NCBI GenBank assembly: GCA_044892505.1
Contig: CM097882.1
Location: forward strand, 511,934,001-511,998,000
Length of the DNA stretch: 64,000 nt
Reading direction: 5' to 3'
From: Schmidtea nova
Taxonomy: Eukaryota
Shown here: piece after piece, positions 9,297 through 20,659 of the stretch
How the letters are laid out: the number at the start of each line of letters is the position of its first letter
How positions within the stretch are numbered: position 1 is the first letter of the stretch
Position numbers and translations under genes: made by a program
Notes under the pieces: model-generated
The model's input: only the letters and a program-made list of their open reading frames with translations
What the model was told of the DNA's origin: nothing
Databases searched by the model: none

Positions 9297-10322
9297 TTTT
9301 CTCGGCCGTCTTCGATTATTCTCTTTATACTATTTAATCACTCGCTTTCCTATTCTCGATTTTTAATTTTTCACAAATAAATTCGCTGTTACTGACTGGT
9401 TTTCTCAAATTGTTCTACTACTTCTCAGTTACGAGTTTCTTAACTACCATGGTAAATTTTTCTACTATAATCGTCGGAATTCACTTTCTACTCTTTCGAC
9501 TTTCTAAAATCTGCAGCATCTTTCTCTTTATTAATGTTACTGTCCTCTACCTCAGTGTACCAATCATGCCTTGGCAAACTGGTGTATAAGACGAACATTA
9601 CGGGTTAAGCCCTTTCACCTAATTCAAAATCGTAAAATAATCGCGTTAACTCGTTTCGCAATTTGTGATGATCAGTCACAAACGAAATTTCGCCAACATA
9701 TGCGATGGATATCCTATTCTACTCTCTTTCCTCAAGGTGATCAAGTTTTTTCCCCGTTTGTTGTCTACTAATTTTTCAACAATAATAAAAAAAATTGGCG
9801 TACTATCTTTTGATAGCTCTGTTAAAATTTGGCGTACTATCTTTTGATAGCTCAGTTATGAATTTGTGTACTATTTTCCTGTTTCCTACTCAGACACTCA
9901 TTTATCGCTCTATTTCAGAAGATTCTCCTTATAAAATCAACTCCTATAACGCTACTTATTGCTCGTCCTAATTCATACATATTTATATATATAATGATCA
10001 GTATAATAATGATAATCAATATAATAATGGTAATAAGAAAGATTATAATAATGAAATTCGGTTCAATATAATAATGATGAGGAGGATTTATAATAATAAT
10101 AATAAAGAAAATTCAAAAAGAAAAGAAAATAACTTTGCCACAAATTCCCATTTTCCTAATGTTTGATTTTTCGGCATTAGCCGTTACTTGTTATGTTTTT
10201 TCACGATTCTCAGTTATTAATTACCTAGTGTTTTTTGTTTATTTAATTTTTATAACGGTTTGTATTACTGGATGATCGACGAAGTTCAACACGACTAAAA
10301 CGTTTATTTCGAACGACATTCT

Positions 10323-10805
10323 TTATGAACAGAATACGACGATTTTGTCATCAATTGTCTGTTTGCAGATTACGCATCGCTTTATTTCTCTAGAGCACGG
10401 CTGGCAATAACACAAATGCCCACATGGCATGAACAAAATGTTCGCTTCTTTTTGTCGACAAATATAGCATCCTTCAAACGAATCGATCTGTTGATTTACC
10501 GATCTCTCTAGCTTGTCCATGATTTTATCGATTTTACCAATCCATTCTTGTATTTTTAGATTAAAATTTGGATTATTCAGTCGCAATCGTTGTAATTCGT
10601 AAATTGTTTCTAACGAAACATCGTTTGTTGTTCCTACAATTCCTGCAATCACTATTAGGTTCTCAGGTTGTGGTCTAGGATTCAACAATAATTCATCTTT
10701 TATTCCATTTACTCGTTCGAGTTTCTCGCTCAACACCTGCAATGGGTCATTTTTAAAATCGAAAAACAACTCGATTCGTAGTAAAATATGCTCAATCGAT
10801 TCCAT
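10323..10805 (-). CDS. RING-HC (C3HC4, IAP/XIAP-like C-terminal type) putative E3 ubiquitin ligase with a helical N-terminus
   Basis: CYICRQKEANILFMPCGHLCYCQPCSREIKRCVICKQTIDDKIVVF at the C-terminus; acceptor TTTTAG directly abuts the ATG. Confidence 0.85.
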   Translation of the reverse strand: MESIEHILLRIELFFDFKNDPLQVLSEKLERVNGIKDELLLNPRPQPENLIVIAGIVGTTNDVSLETIYELQRLRLNNPNFNLKIQEWIGKIDKIMDKLERSVNQQIDSFEGCYICRQKEANILFMPCGHLCYCQPCSREIKRCVICKQTIDDKIVVFCS

Positions 10806-11804
10806 CTAAAATATTCATGATGACTGGTGTTTATAACTTTTTGAATTAACCATTCATTATAATTTGAACGAAAAATAAATAATAAAAACTTCAACAGCTA
10901 TTTACACGAATTTTTATAATTTTTTATATATTTTTGTATTTTTTCAAAACTACTGTTAACAGAATAATCAGCCATTTTTATACATATTTTTTATATTTTT
11001 ATATTTTTATAATTTTCTCCATTCGTCCATATTCGATATTTTTCGAATAAAATATTACAATAATCAGCCATTATGTACATAATTTTTATGATTTTTTAAA
11101 TTTTTAATATACTAATATTTTCTAAATAAAAAAAAATAATTAAACATTTATTTACACAATTTTTTCATGATTTTTGCACTTTTTATCAATTTTAAAATAA
11201 TTATATTTTTTATTTACGGTATTCACAATTTTGGTAATTTTTCGTTTACTGGAAGCAATTTTTGTGTATTCAAAAATTTATTCTCTATGTGGTTCGTGTG
11301 GACTCCATCCCATGGTCATATAACATCTCCTTTTATTGGGGTCCTAATTTTGTGCATCTCAAAATTTTCATATTTGCGTTAAGTCTCACTTTTTTCTGTT
11401 TGATTATATTTGTTTTTAAGTCGTTGCTTGATTTTATTTTATGATTTCATAAGATTTTAGAGTTATTCCCGCTTTCGATTCCCGAATTGAGTCGCGATCA
11501 ACATTCCAATATCACCATGCATCATTCTGACTTCAACAATCTATCTTTTTCAACATTCAAACTTCAAACTCATTAGACTATATCATTCATTCTCTACTTT
11601 TATTATCATATTAATTAAAACAAACAATTCACGCATCGCTCCATTTTCGCCGTTATTTCTTCTAGACCCGATACTTTCCATGTCCTTCCTTGCCAACAAA
11701 ATAAAATTACAGGGGTCATACCTCGGTCATTCTTAATCAAATAGCATAACATTGATATCGCCAGTAATAATAATGACATCTACAGTAACACTCATGATAT
11801 TAAC

Positions 11805-11955
11805 AGTAACAATAATAATATTAATAATAATAATGATAATAATAATAATAATAATAATAATTATACTAAGATGCTTATAATACCACTAGTAATAATAACT
11901 AAAAAGATAATAATAATAGTAATAATAATAATTATAATGATAATAATAATAATGC
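11805..11955. repeat. (AAT)n imperfect microsatellite
   Basis: Long runs of AAT/AATAAT; smaller runs at ~8380-8420 and ~9990-10100. Confidence 0.9.
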
Positions 11956-13099
11956 GCGTTATACGGCAATTTACCCAATATATTTCTTATATATTATTAC
12001 GTAATAATTATAATAAAAATATAATAAATCCGTCTTATTTTTATATTATTTGACCAAATTACTGTTTTTACTGTTAAAAATGGCAATAATAATAATCCTG
12101 ATACCTATACTATCATTATTACTTGGTGTTACTGCTTTCTTGGGTCAAAATTCCAAAATTTCTTCAGTCTTTTAAATTTCTTAGCGGCGATTTTCTACAC
12201 TTTTTGCGGATTCCGGTGTCATATTCTATCTTTCGAGGTATTTTCCACTTGCCAGTGCTGCGTACTCACTTTCTATGCTCTATGGACGTTGTTTGAACAA
12301 TTTTACGATTTTTGGTTGTTTGTGGGATTCATTTGTCGCGGTTTGGTGTTTTTACTATTTTAGCCGTGATTTTCTTAGACTTTTGGCCCATTCCGGCTCA
12401 ACTTTTTATCTTATGCTATGTTTGATGTTTATTTATATTAAAGACACTTATTCTACGCTCTGTTGTTATTATTCATTCTCATTTTCAATCGTTGGCTGTT
12501 CGTGGGGCTTAAAGATCGTTTTTACGGCTTAACTTTTATTCGCTTTCGCGGTGATTTTGATTCGGAACTTTTTATTTTCCAAATTTTTCCAAATCTTAAT
12601 TCAAAATGGTACTTAAAATAATATTCTCTACNNNNNNNNNNNNNNNNNNNNNNNNNNNNNNNNNNNNNNNNNNNNNNNNNNNNNNNNNNNNNNNNNNNNN
12701 NNNNNNNNNNNNNNNNNNNNNNNNNNNNNNNNNNNNNNNNNNNNNNNNNNNNNNNNNNNNNNNNNNNNNNNNNNNNNNNNNNNNNNNNNNNNNNNNNNNN
12801 NNNNNNAATCCTAATAATAATACTTAATATGGTATAAAATAACTATTGTCGTAAAAATAATAATAGTAATATAAATAATATTAATAATCAAGCATAAATT
12901 TTTTCCCATTTTCGTCGAAAATACTCAAATGATTATTGATTTTTATAAAACTTTCACCAAATCTCGTTTTTCTTTAAAATACTTTTATCTTTCCAACGCA
13001 AAAACATTAATAAATTCCCACGTAAAGTCATTTCCATTGATTTTCGCTTCAAACAAAACAAACTAGATGGGATGTATCCCGGCTGAGCCCCCAAATTTT

Positions 13100-13317
13100 T
13101 ATATGGTGGGTTGTTGACCGTCAATATGACCTTGACGTTTCCATGGCTCTCATCGGACAACCCAACACATAAAATATTGAAATTACCACCTTGTTACCCG
13201 TCACTATGTAACGTTGGTACTGTAACAAGTGGGTGGGTATTCGCAATCAGTGAGCGTCGTCAATACGAAACTATGATTGACCGAATATCTCCTGGGTCCA
13301 AGGGCTACCGATAGAAG
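13100..13317 (+). repeat. Copy of a diverged interspersed repeat; homologous to 17520-17737 in inverted orientation
   Basis: GAAACTATGATTGACCGAATATCTCCTGGGTCCAAGGGCTACCGATA aligns with the reverse complement of 17522-17570, and the alignment extends ~220 bp. Confidence 0.75.
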
Positions 13318-16300
13318 GTTTCTTGCCCTTTTTGTCCCCTTCTTCGACGATTTATCTTTAAGCATTCAACAAAATTTTATCGGCAATTCAACATTAATAT
13401 TCTACCTAACTATAAATTTATTATTGCATTCAAATAAATCATTCCGAGCATCAAAACACTAATAAAACATTAAATTTTACTTATATTATAATTTATGTTA
13501 ATTATTAATGAAAGTATTCTAAAATAAAATTTTTAATTTACATTTGCATTTACGATAAAATCAAGACTTTAATTCTTAATTTGTGAAAAATATTTTAATG
13601 CTACATTAGGTTTTTTTCTATTTTCATTTTTATATTTATAACTAATTTACTTTTATAACTAATTGATATTCCGAAACAATTTGTTTCAATCCATCATTCA
13701 ATCAACAACAAGCCGAACACCATTCAAATTCACCAAGCATAATTTTCTACGCAAATCATTTCTCTCTATTGGCAAAACAAGTAAATTTTTAAGTTAAGTG
13801 ATCTGCTGAAATTAATTCTTTTCATAGCCCTCAATTTCAAAACACAGATGGAAACTCAGTTCGGAAATCTTAGCAACAACGTCTTATCACTTTAATCTAT
13901 TTGACAGATTTGAATATCTAACAATTATCCAAACAATTAATCCAATTGACAAATCCCAATTAATCAACAATCCGCGACAATGTCTAATGATCATGACTCC
14001 AATAAACCAGCGTTGTGGTCATCCATGTCAGTGACAAATACTGCTTAACAATATCTTTTCTTAGTGCTGAATTTAATATATGTACTTTATTTGCATTTTT
14101 ACTTTTTATGTAAAATGGTTTTTATCATACAAAAGGGTAACAATTAATTATTTTAATTAAAATACTTAAAGTTTTGCTAGACGAAATATAATAATCTTTG
14201 AATTTCATGTGAAAATAAATTGATTGTCACTAGATGAAATATAATATTATTTTAAAATAATATACCAAATTTTACTTTAAAAGGCACCATAAATTCACAA
14301 TAATACAATTTTTTAACTTAAACATTATTGATTTTAAAGGCAATCTTGAAAACTTCCTAATATCCGTTACAAATAAAAAGGTTCCACACCAAATGTTTGT
14401 GGTGGGTGAATGGATGAAACCTTGGCATTGTCTTTTTGGAGGTATGCATGTTTACGTATGATGTGGGATACTATCATTTCGAGCTTGATTGTTGATACAC
14501 TTTTACAGGTTTATTATGAATTGTTCATTGATAGTACAGGAGATTGTATGTGATTATATGTGTCTGTATGTTGACTTGAATGTTGGATGAGAATAAATAA
14601 TTTATTTGGTGGATGAGGTGTAGTATGATGACTGTGTGTTCTATTGTTACTGTTGGGTTTGTGTGTGATTGTATGATGAGTGATTTAAAACAATTGAGTG
14701 CTTGTGAGTGTGGTTAGACGAACGATTCTAACTAGAATGTCTGTGTGGAATTTTGATAAGGTTTGTTGGTGTGTATGTGATTGTTGGATGTTATTGAATG
14801 GTACTGTGCATGTGTGTGTATTGTATTTTATGTGTATGTTGTTTGTATATTAATATGGATGATGCTATTGAGTGAAAAGGGTGTAAATCTTTGCAATGAG
14901 TGATGTATTATTATTTTAAGATGTCGTGGGGGGTTATATTATAAATTAAATAAATTGTATAAAATATTTTTTAAGTTAAAAATAAAAAAAATTTAAAATT
15001 AAACTAATGGTAATGATTTTTAGATCAAGATAATAATAATAATTTTTAGATCGAAATAATAATAATAATTCTCATAATACTTTTTTACAAATTTTTAAGT
15101 TTTAAAATTTCTACGAAAAACAATTAACGATAAGGTTTATAATTTTTTATAATGTCGATTTGAATTTACAATTTTTATACTTTAAGAATAGATAAAAAAA
15201 ATTTCTATAAAATCTCGAATTCAGATTTTTTATAAAATAATAAAATTTATTAATATAATAATAAAATTTCAATCTAAATTTTCATGGGGTTTAATATAAC
15301 TTTTGATTTTCAAATTCTCGGGAATTTTACGAAATGATAAAATCTTTCATATATTAATAACATTAGGAACTAAATTTGGTTTACAATTTTTCCATATAAA
15401 ATCTTTTCAACATAATAAAAAGCAAATTTCTATTTCTGATCCAAATGAAATGATAATAAATTTTTATCCATAAATTCGAGATCTAAATAAGCATTTAATC
15501 TAAAAAATTTTATATGCTAAATAAAAATAAAATAAAAATAAGTTACAAATTTTTCAGCGAATATTTTTAACCTCAAGCAAAGTAAATTTCGGTTTTGTTG
15601 AGCATGAATTTCCCAATTAAGTGTACGCGAACCTTTCGGGACACTTCACTCAGGAATTTCAGGCTCTCGAAAAACAAGATTCACAGGAAAACTTATTTAG
15701 ACCACAACGAGCTTTAATTCAGATTAAATCAATACTTGTTTCACAATTTATTTCACTTCATGAGCATTATTCTAGACTTTGAGCATTATTTCGAACCATT
15801 TTCTTTTCATCATCAGCATCCATTTTACTTGCATTTTCTTATGAGATGAACGTTGTTGAGAGTGTGAAGGTGAAGGCGAGTACGAGTCGATTTTTTAATC
15901 AATAATATTTCCTATTTTAGATTTCAAGACATGAGTTAGAAATTATTATGTTGTATTACGAAATTGCTTATGTAGATAATAAAAATATGATACTCTATTA
16001 TAATACAAATCATTAGTATAACAAAACCTTGCTCTTGGCCAAACCGCGATTCCCCAGTTGGGATGACGCGAATTTGGATGTATGAGCCTCACCTTAAAGT
16101 GGAAATATGGGCTGGCCGATTACCAATCAGACAACGATCCACCCAGGCTACTAACAGATCCGCACAACCAAGGCTGGACGGATCGTCAGAAGATATGGGA
16201 GAAAAAAAAAAATTTTTTATTTATTTTCATAATTAAATTTAGTTATCGAATTTCAATGAGATCTTTCCTGAATTATTTTGGGAAATTGTGGCTCGTGATA

Positions 16301-16482
16301 ATGATTATGACAACAAAAAAACTAAGTTATTAATCATGAAAATACTTTAATAATATAAAATTGACCATAATAAATAAAATGACAAATAACATATTAAATA
16401 AAAAAAGGGGGGAATGGGATGATCGTCAGGCATGACGGACGACCATTCCAATCCCCAATGAGAATAACCAAAATCAAACAAA

Positions 16483-16491
16483 TCCTTACGT
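16483..16491 (-). promoter_or_regulatory. Candidate major splice donor in the element leader (AC|GTAAGG, GT at 16489-16488)
   Basis: Consensus-like 5' splice site ~280 nt downstream of the putative PBS; use is not demonstrated. Confidence 0.35.
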
Positions 16492-16752
16492 TTGTCCAAT
16501 TAACTTCTGCTACGATTTCTTTCAAACAAATTAATTTTTTCTTAGAAATTTGGAACGATTTTTCCACAAATTTTCTTGGAATCAACTTCTGATAGTAACT
16601 TCTTGGAATCAAATTCTGATATTAGCTTTTCTCTTCTCTTCTTGAAATCAAATTAGCTTTTCTTCTTGCAATCAAATTCTCAAGTTGGATTTCACAAAAG
16701 TTATTTTTCGCAATTTCTCCGTAAATTAATCAAGAAAAATTTTCCACCAAAT

Positions 16753-16770
16753 TCTGTCTGAAATCTGCCA
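16753..16770 (-). promoter_or_regulatory. Putative primer-binding site TGGCAGATTTCAGACAG
   Basis: TGG starts 3 nt (AAA) after the proposed LTR end ...CCATCA; I cannot assign the tRNA. Confidence 0.4.
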
Positions 16771-16773
16771 TTT

Positions 16774-17387
16774 TGATGGCGGTATATATACCATCAAATT
16801 TTTTCTACCTCCGGTAGTGCAATAAAACAAATTGTTCTAGAAGTTTCTCTTAATTTTTTCTAAATTAATTCTAATGATTTTCCGAAAATTAATTCCATAT
16901 TTTTGTATAATAATTTTTTATAAACTATAAATAATTTATTTTAATTAAAAATTTTTATGTTTGAATCGAAATTTGTTCGATTTGATTTAATTTATGATTT
17001 TCGATCCATATTAATTCTTTCTATTGTTATATGTGAAATTTTGTGATAAATTCACAATTTTCCTCTAGAATTGTGTTAATTTTTCTGCACTGAGGATTTT
17101 TATGACAAAATTCTGTTCTTTATGGGCACTTTCAATGGGTTTTCCGCCTATTCTAGCTTCCAAACATTCTGCTTTTAATTTCTCTCGAGATTTCCGTGGA
17201 AATATTTACAAATTCGCAGTTAGCGCGTATTCTACCGGTTGCTGTGTTTTGATTCATCTTCACCTTTTGGCGTTTTCCACTTAATTGTTGGATTTTTAAT
17301 GGAAGCTAAGGTTAAAAATGGAATCTTGCGCGTTCTCTACCTATGGGGTTATCGCTTTATTAAAACAAATTGCGTTTTGGCCCAACA
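16774..17387 (-). repeat. Proposed full 614-bp LTR (5' LTR)
   Basis: TG...CA termini (minus strand TGTTGG...CCATCA). The distal 180 bp are duplicated at 1-180. The right boundary is firm; the left boundary is inferred. Confidence 0.6.
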
Positions 17388-17519
17388 GTTATGTGCATTC
17401 AACATTCATTTATTATTTAACATTGTATTAATAAATTTATATTTTTAATTTTCAAGAGAATTTCAACAAATAACTATAATAAATAGATTTAGCGCGGGAA
17501 TAAAATGGGTATTATACCT

Positions 17520-17737
17520 TTTATCGGTCGCCCTTGGACCCAGTCGAGACATTTAGTCAATTATAGTTTCAACCTAATCAAGCTCACTTTTCACGGATAT
17601 CCACCCACTTATTACATTCCGAACCTTACTAGGTGATGGGTAACAAGATGGTTTAGCAAGGTTTATATATGTGGTTTTTGAGGAATAGAGCCATAGCAAA
17701 AGTTAGGGTTATTTAATTTACCAGAAACCCACCAACA
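17520..17737 (-). repeat. Second, inverted copy of the repeat at 13100-13317
   Basis: Reverse complement reads ...ACCATCTTGTTACCCATCAC...AAGTGGGTGG...CTGGGTCCAAGGGCGACCGATA, matching the 13.1-13.3 kb copy with many substitutions. Confidence 0.75.
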
Positions 17738-19429
17738 ATAATAACTTAAAAACACAGCTTTATAATAATCAACATACTTCAGGCACACAATGTAAAAGTT
17801 CTTAAATTATTGGAAGTGTAAATTTGAAAAATATTTAAAATTGAGTGTATAAGCATTACTATAACTCATTTTATGTAGCTTTTCATTATTAATATTTTTG
17901 AATTTCTATCTTTTATTAAGTACTAGATTTATTTGTTTTCTATTATTCATTGAGAATTGATTAATAGACAAATTCTTAAAATAAAAATGATAAAATCGAA
18001 CTGAAGATTCAAACTTTATTTTTAAATTTCAAATCAGTAATTATTAAATAATCAGAACTAATAAAATATCAATTAGATCAATTAAAATAATTTTTGGTGG
18101 TTATTTTTATAGTATTTGTAAAGTTTGAGATTTTTGTAAAGTTTGAGATTTTGTCAAAATGGCTTCATATGTGAGTATAATAATTAATCATTATATATTT
18201 AAGAAACATATTTAAGCAGTTAAAACTTATTAGGAATACGTAATTAAAGATATTAATATAATAATGTGTTTTAATAATCATAAATAAACGAATATCTTTC
18301 AAATACCAAAATCAACTAATTTTTTAATATTGATGAATTTAGACAGTTTAAACTTCCTTAATAAAAATAAAACGAAAAAGCCGATAGATTTCTCAAATGC
18401 AACTGAGTGTAGGTTCTTTTATTTAAATAAACTTTTTGACATACAATTAGTATTGCAGAATGTGACTGATTTTTTACAATTTTCAACAAATGATGATTTG
18501 ACAGAGCAATCAAATATGGAAAATGTTGACGATGATCAGCAATATATTCAATTAGTAAAAAATAAGCATAATAATCTATTAGTATTACTATAAATAGGAT
18601 GTTATTGTACCAAAACCTAAAAGTCTCGAAGGTATATTTCTTGATGTTGCAAATGAGTTGAATGATCAATGTGAATATGAGGAAATGAGTGCCAGTAGTG
18701 ACAATGAAAGTAGTGATGATGAGAGCAGTGACAGCAGTTCAAATGAATCTGACAGTATAAAAGTGTTACGGACCAAGATCGAATCAAAATTTACCACCAA
18801 ACTGATCGAGGAAATGCCAGATGTGAATAAAGCGTCAAATGAATAATATATTTTTTAATTTTTTTTAATAAATTAATTTTATATTTCATTTCTGTTTTTT
18901 TAGAATTTTAGTTGATAATCAAAATTATTTAAAATTTTCCTCATTCAATATTAATTTGATAAGTCATGAATCCCCATTACAAATATTGATAGGGTATTCA
19001 TTGATAATGGTTCACTTTTTTTCTTAAATACTTTCTGCCGAGAAAAATTAAAATAAGCACATGTAATTGTTCACCAGTGCGTACAGCCGGAACAAAACGC
19101 ACAAGGGGCGTTTACAATACCGGAGCCCTAGACGCAAACATTTTTGGGCCTTTCTAAACATATAGACTAAGAGTCTGAAAATGGTGGTGCCCCGAAAGTT
19201 TCACAAAAATCCACGAAGTTAAACTTGAAGCTATTTTTGTACGTGTTATTGAGTGTAAGTAATTATAGGATAATTATTTATAGGAATTAATTATTCAAGG
19301 AATCTGATGTTATTAGATTCGACTAAAAATATATATGAATAAGTGTATTTGTCTGATGCAATTGTTGTAATTCTATGTTGTATGTTAATGTTATATCGTG
19401 TATAAAAGTACAAAACATTAATTCTTTTA

Positions 19430-20110
19430 GAATGAATCACTGCTACTTTTTTACCAACTAGTAGACACTATTTGCAAATAGCTGAATAGAAATAGAAGAA
19501 AATAGAGGAAGTTTATAGTGTGAAACATGTGAATGAAGAATTACACAAATTTCATTTACCGATTTGTCATCCCAATATAGGGTTTTCTTTCTGCACTTAA
19601 GCCTAGCAAATTTATCATTTTTGTAGTTTCATCATTGTTTTGATACCAAATATAAGCCATGCCTTCTCTATTATGGAGAAATTATCTATAACGACTTTAA
19701 AAATAATTGTTAAGAAATTAAACAATTCAATTTACTGGTTGTATTTATTCTTCGCAGCAACAAATTCCATAATACTGTCATAAGAGATATTTCGTACTGC
19801 TTCATTTTTAAGTTATTGCTTTAGCCTCATCTTTGGCAACTATATTTTGGCTTACATCATCACTTCCGTCAGACCAAGAATTTTTTATACGTTTGTAACT
19901 TTTCTATGAAGTAAGAACAAAATCTTCTCTCGCAAACCAACTGGTGCCAGACACCTTATGGACAGACAAAAATTTTCTTAAGATGTTGTTCCAAAATAGC
20001 CCGTCGATGGGTTGATGCAGAAAACAATGAATTAAACTTTTGCACAAAGTCAAAAAATGTCACTAAAGTAGCACATTGAGTGAGTAGTTACACCTGTTTT
20101 CGTAGTTTAA
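19430..20110 (-). pseudogene. Degenerate hAT transposase fragment
   Basis: The minus strand gives VTFFDFVQKFNSLFSASTHRRAILEQHL...SGTSW, resembling the FFSASTHRW...CATRW segment of the hAT at 25.0-25.1 kb; multiple stops. Confidence 0.55.
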
Positions 20111-20266
20111 AAGTAACTACAATATCATTAGATGTGCACACCTTCCAGGTACTCATAATTATTTTTTTGTTGAATATTATTCATCCATTTTTAAAACGAC
20201 TTTCAGGTAAATTTTTTAAAGATATTTTTTAAAGCTTTTATTTTGATCTCATTATGATATGAGATC

Positions 20267-20659
20267 ATTACACAATTTTTGAAAAATTATCTTTGTTCTA
20301 CAATTTTATTTTTATTAAATTTTTAATTACTTTTTATCAAGTTATGATCTTTTAACATGTTTTGGAAATTTTTTACAATAAAAGTAAGTTAAAAAATTCA
20401 TTTTTAACTAATATTTATTATAAGATTTATTATTAACTAAAAATTTTATCTTTATCTCCGAAATTACACAATTTTTGAAAAATTATCTTTGTTCTACAAT
20501 TTTATTTTTATTAAATTTTTAATTACTTTTTATCAAGTTATGATCTTTTAACATGTTTTGGAAATTTTTTACAATAAAAGTAAGTTAAAAAATTCATTTT
20601 TAACTAATATTTATTATAAGATTTATTATTAACTAAAAATTTTATCTTTATCTCCGAAA
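20267..20659. repeat. Exact tandem duplication with a 196-bp period
   Basis: 20267-20462 is repeated at 20463-20659. Confidence 0.9.

Larger units (their letters stand above)
1..17387 (-). mobile_element. Giant LTR-bounded element (Ty3/Gypsy-like, apparently non-autonomous) carrying a seven-ORF cargo cassette; left LTR runs off the window
   Basis: 1-180 is identical to 17208-17387 and both copies diverge from their flanks right after ...TGGCCCAACA. Imperfect terminal inverted hexamer TGATGG (16774) / CCAACA (17387). TGG-starting PBS-like site 3 nt inside the LTR on the minus strand. All long internal ORFs are on the minus strand and include a retropepsin. Caveat: gap at 12632-12806. Confidence 0.7.

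Noticed and set aside
632-11715. Recurrent TTTACAGGG motif (632, 1653, ~11707) as an element-specific signal
   Set aside because: It also occurs outside the element (~38666) and has no consistent position relative to ORFs.
12606-12827. ORFs spanning N runs (also at 52.2, 61.4 and 63.6 kb)
   Set aside because: Artefacts of assembly gaps, except the real EF-hand exon flanking 61592.
15700-15840. Minus-strand peptide ENASKMDADDEKKMVRNNAQSLE resembling an HSP70 lid segment
   Set aside because: Too short, flanked by stops, with no further similarity.
18159-19247. Possible spliced gene or CMC/Transib-type remnant (acidic ORFs at 18330-18846, terminus-like 19060-19247)
   Set aside because: Candidate splice sites do not give an open frame and no matching opposite terminus was found.
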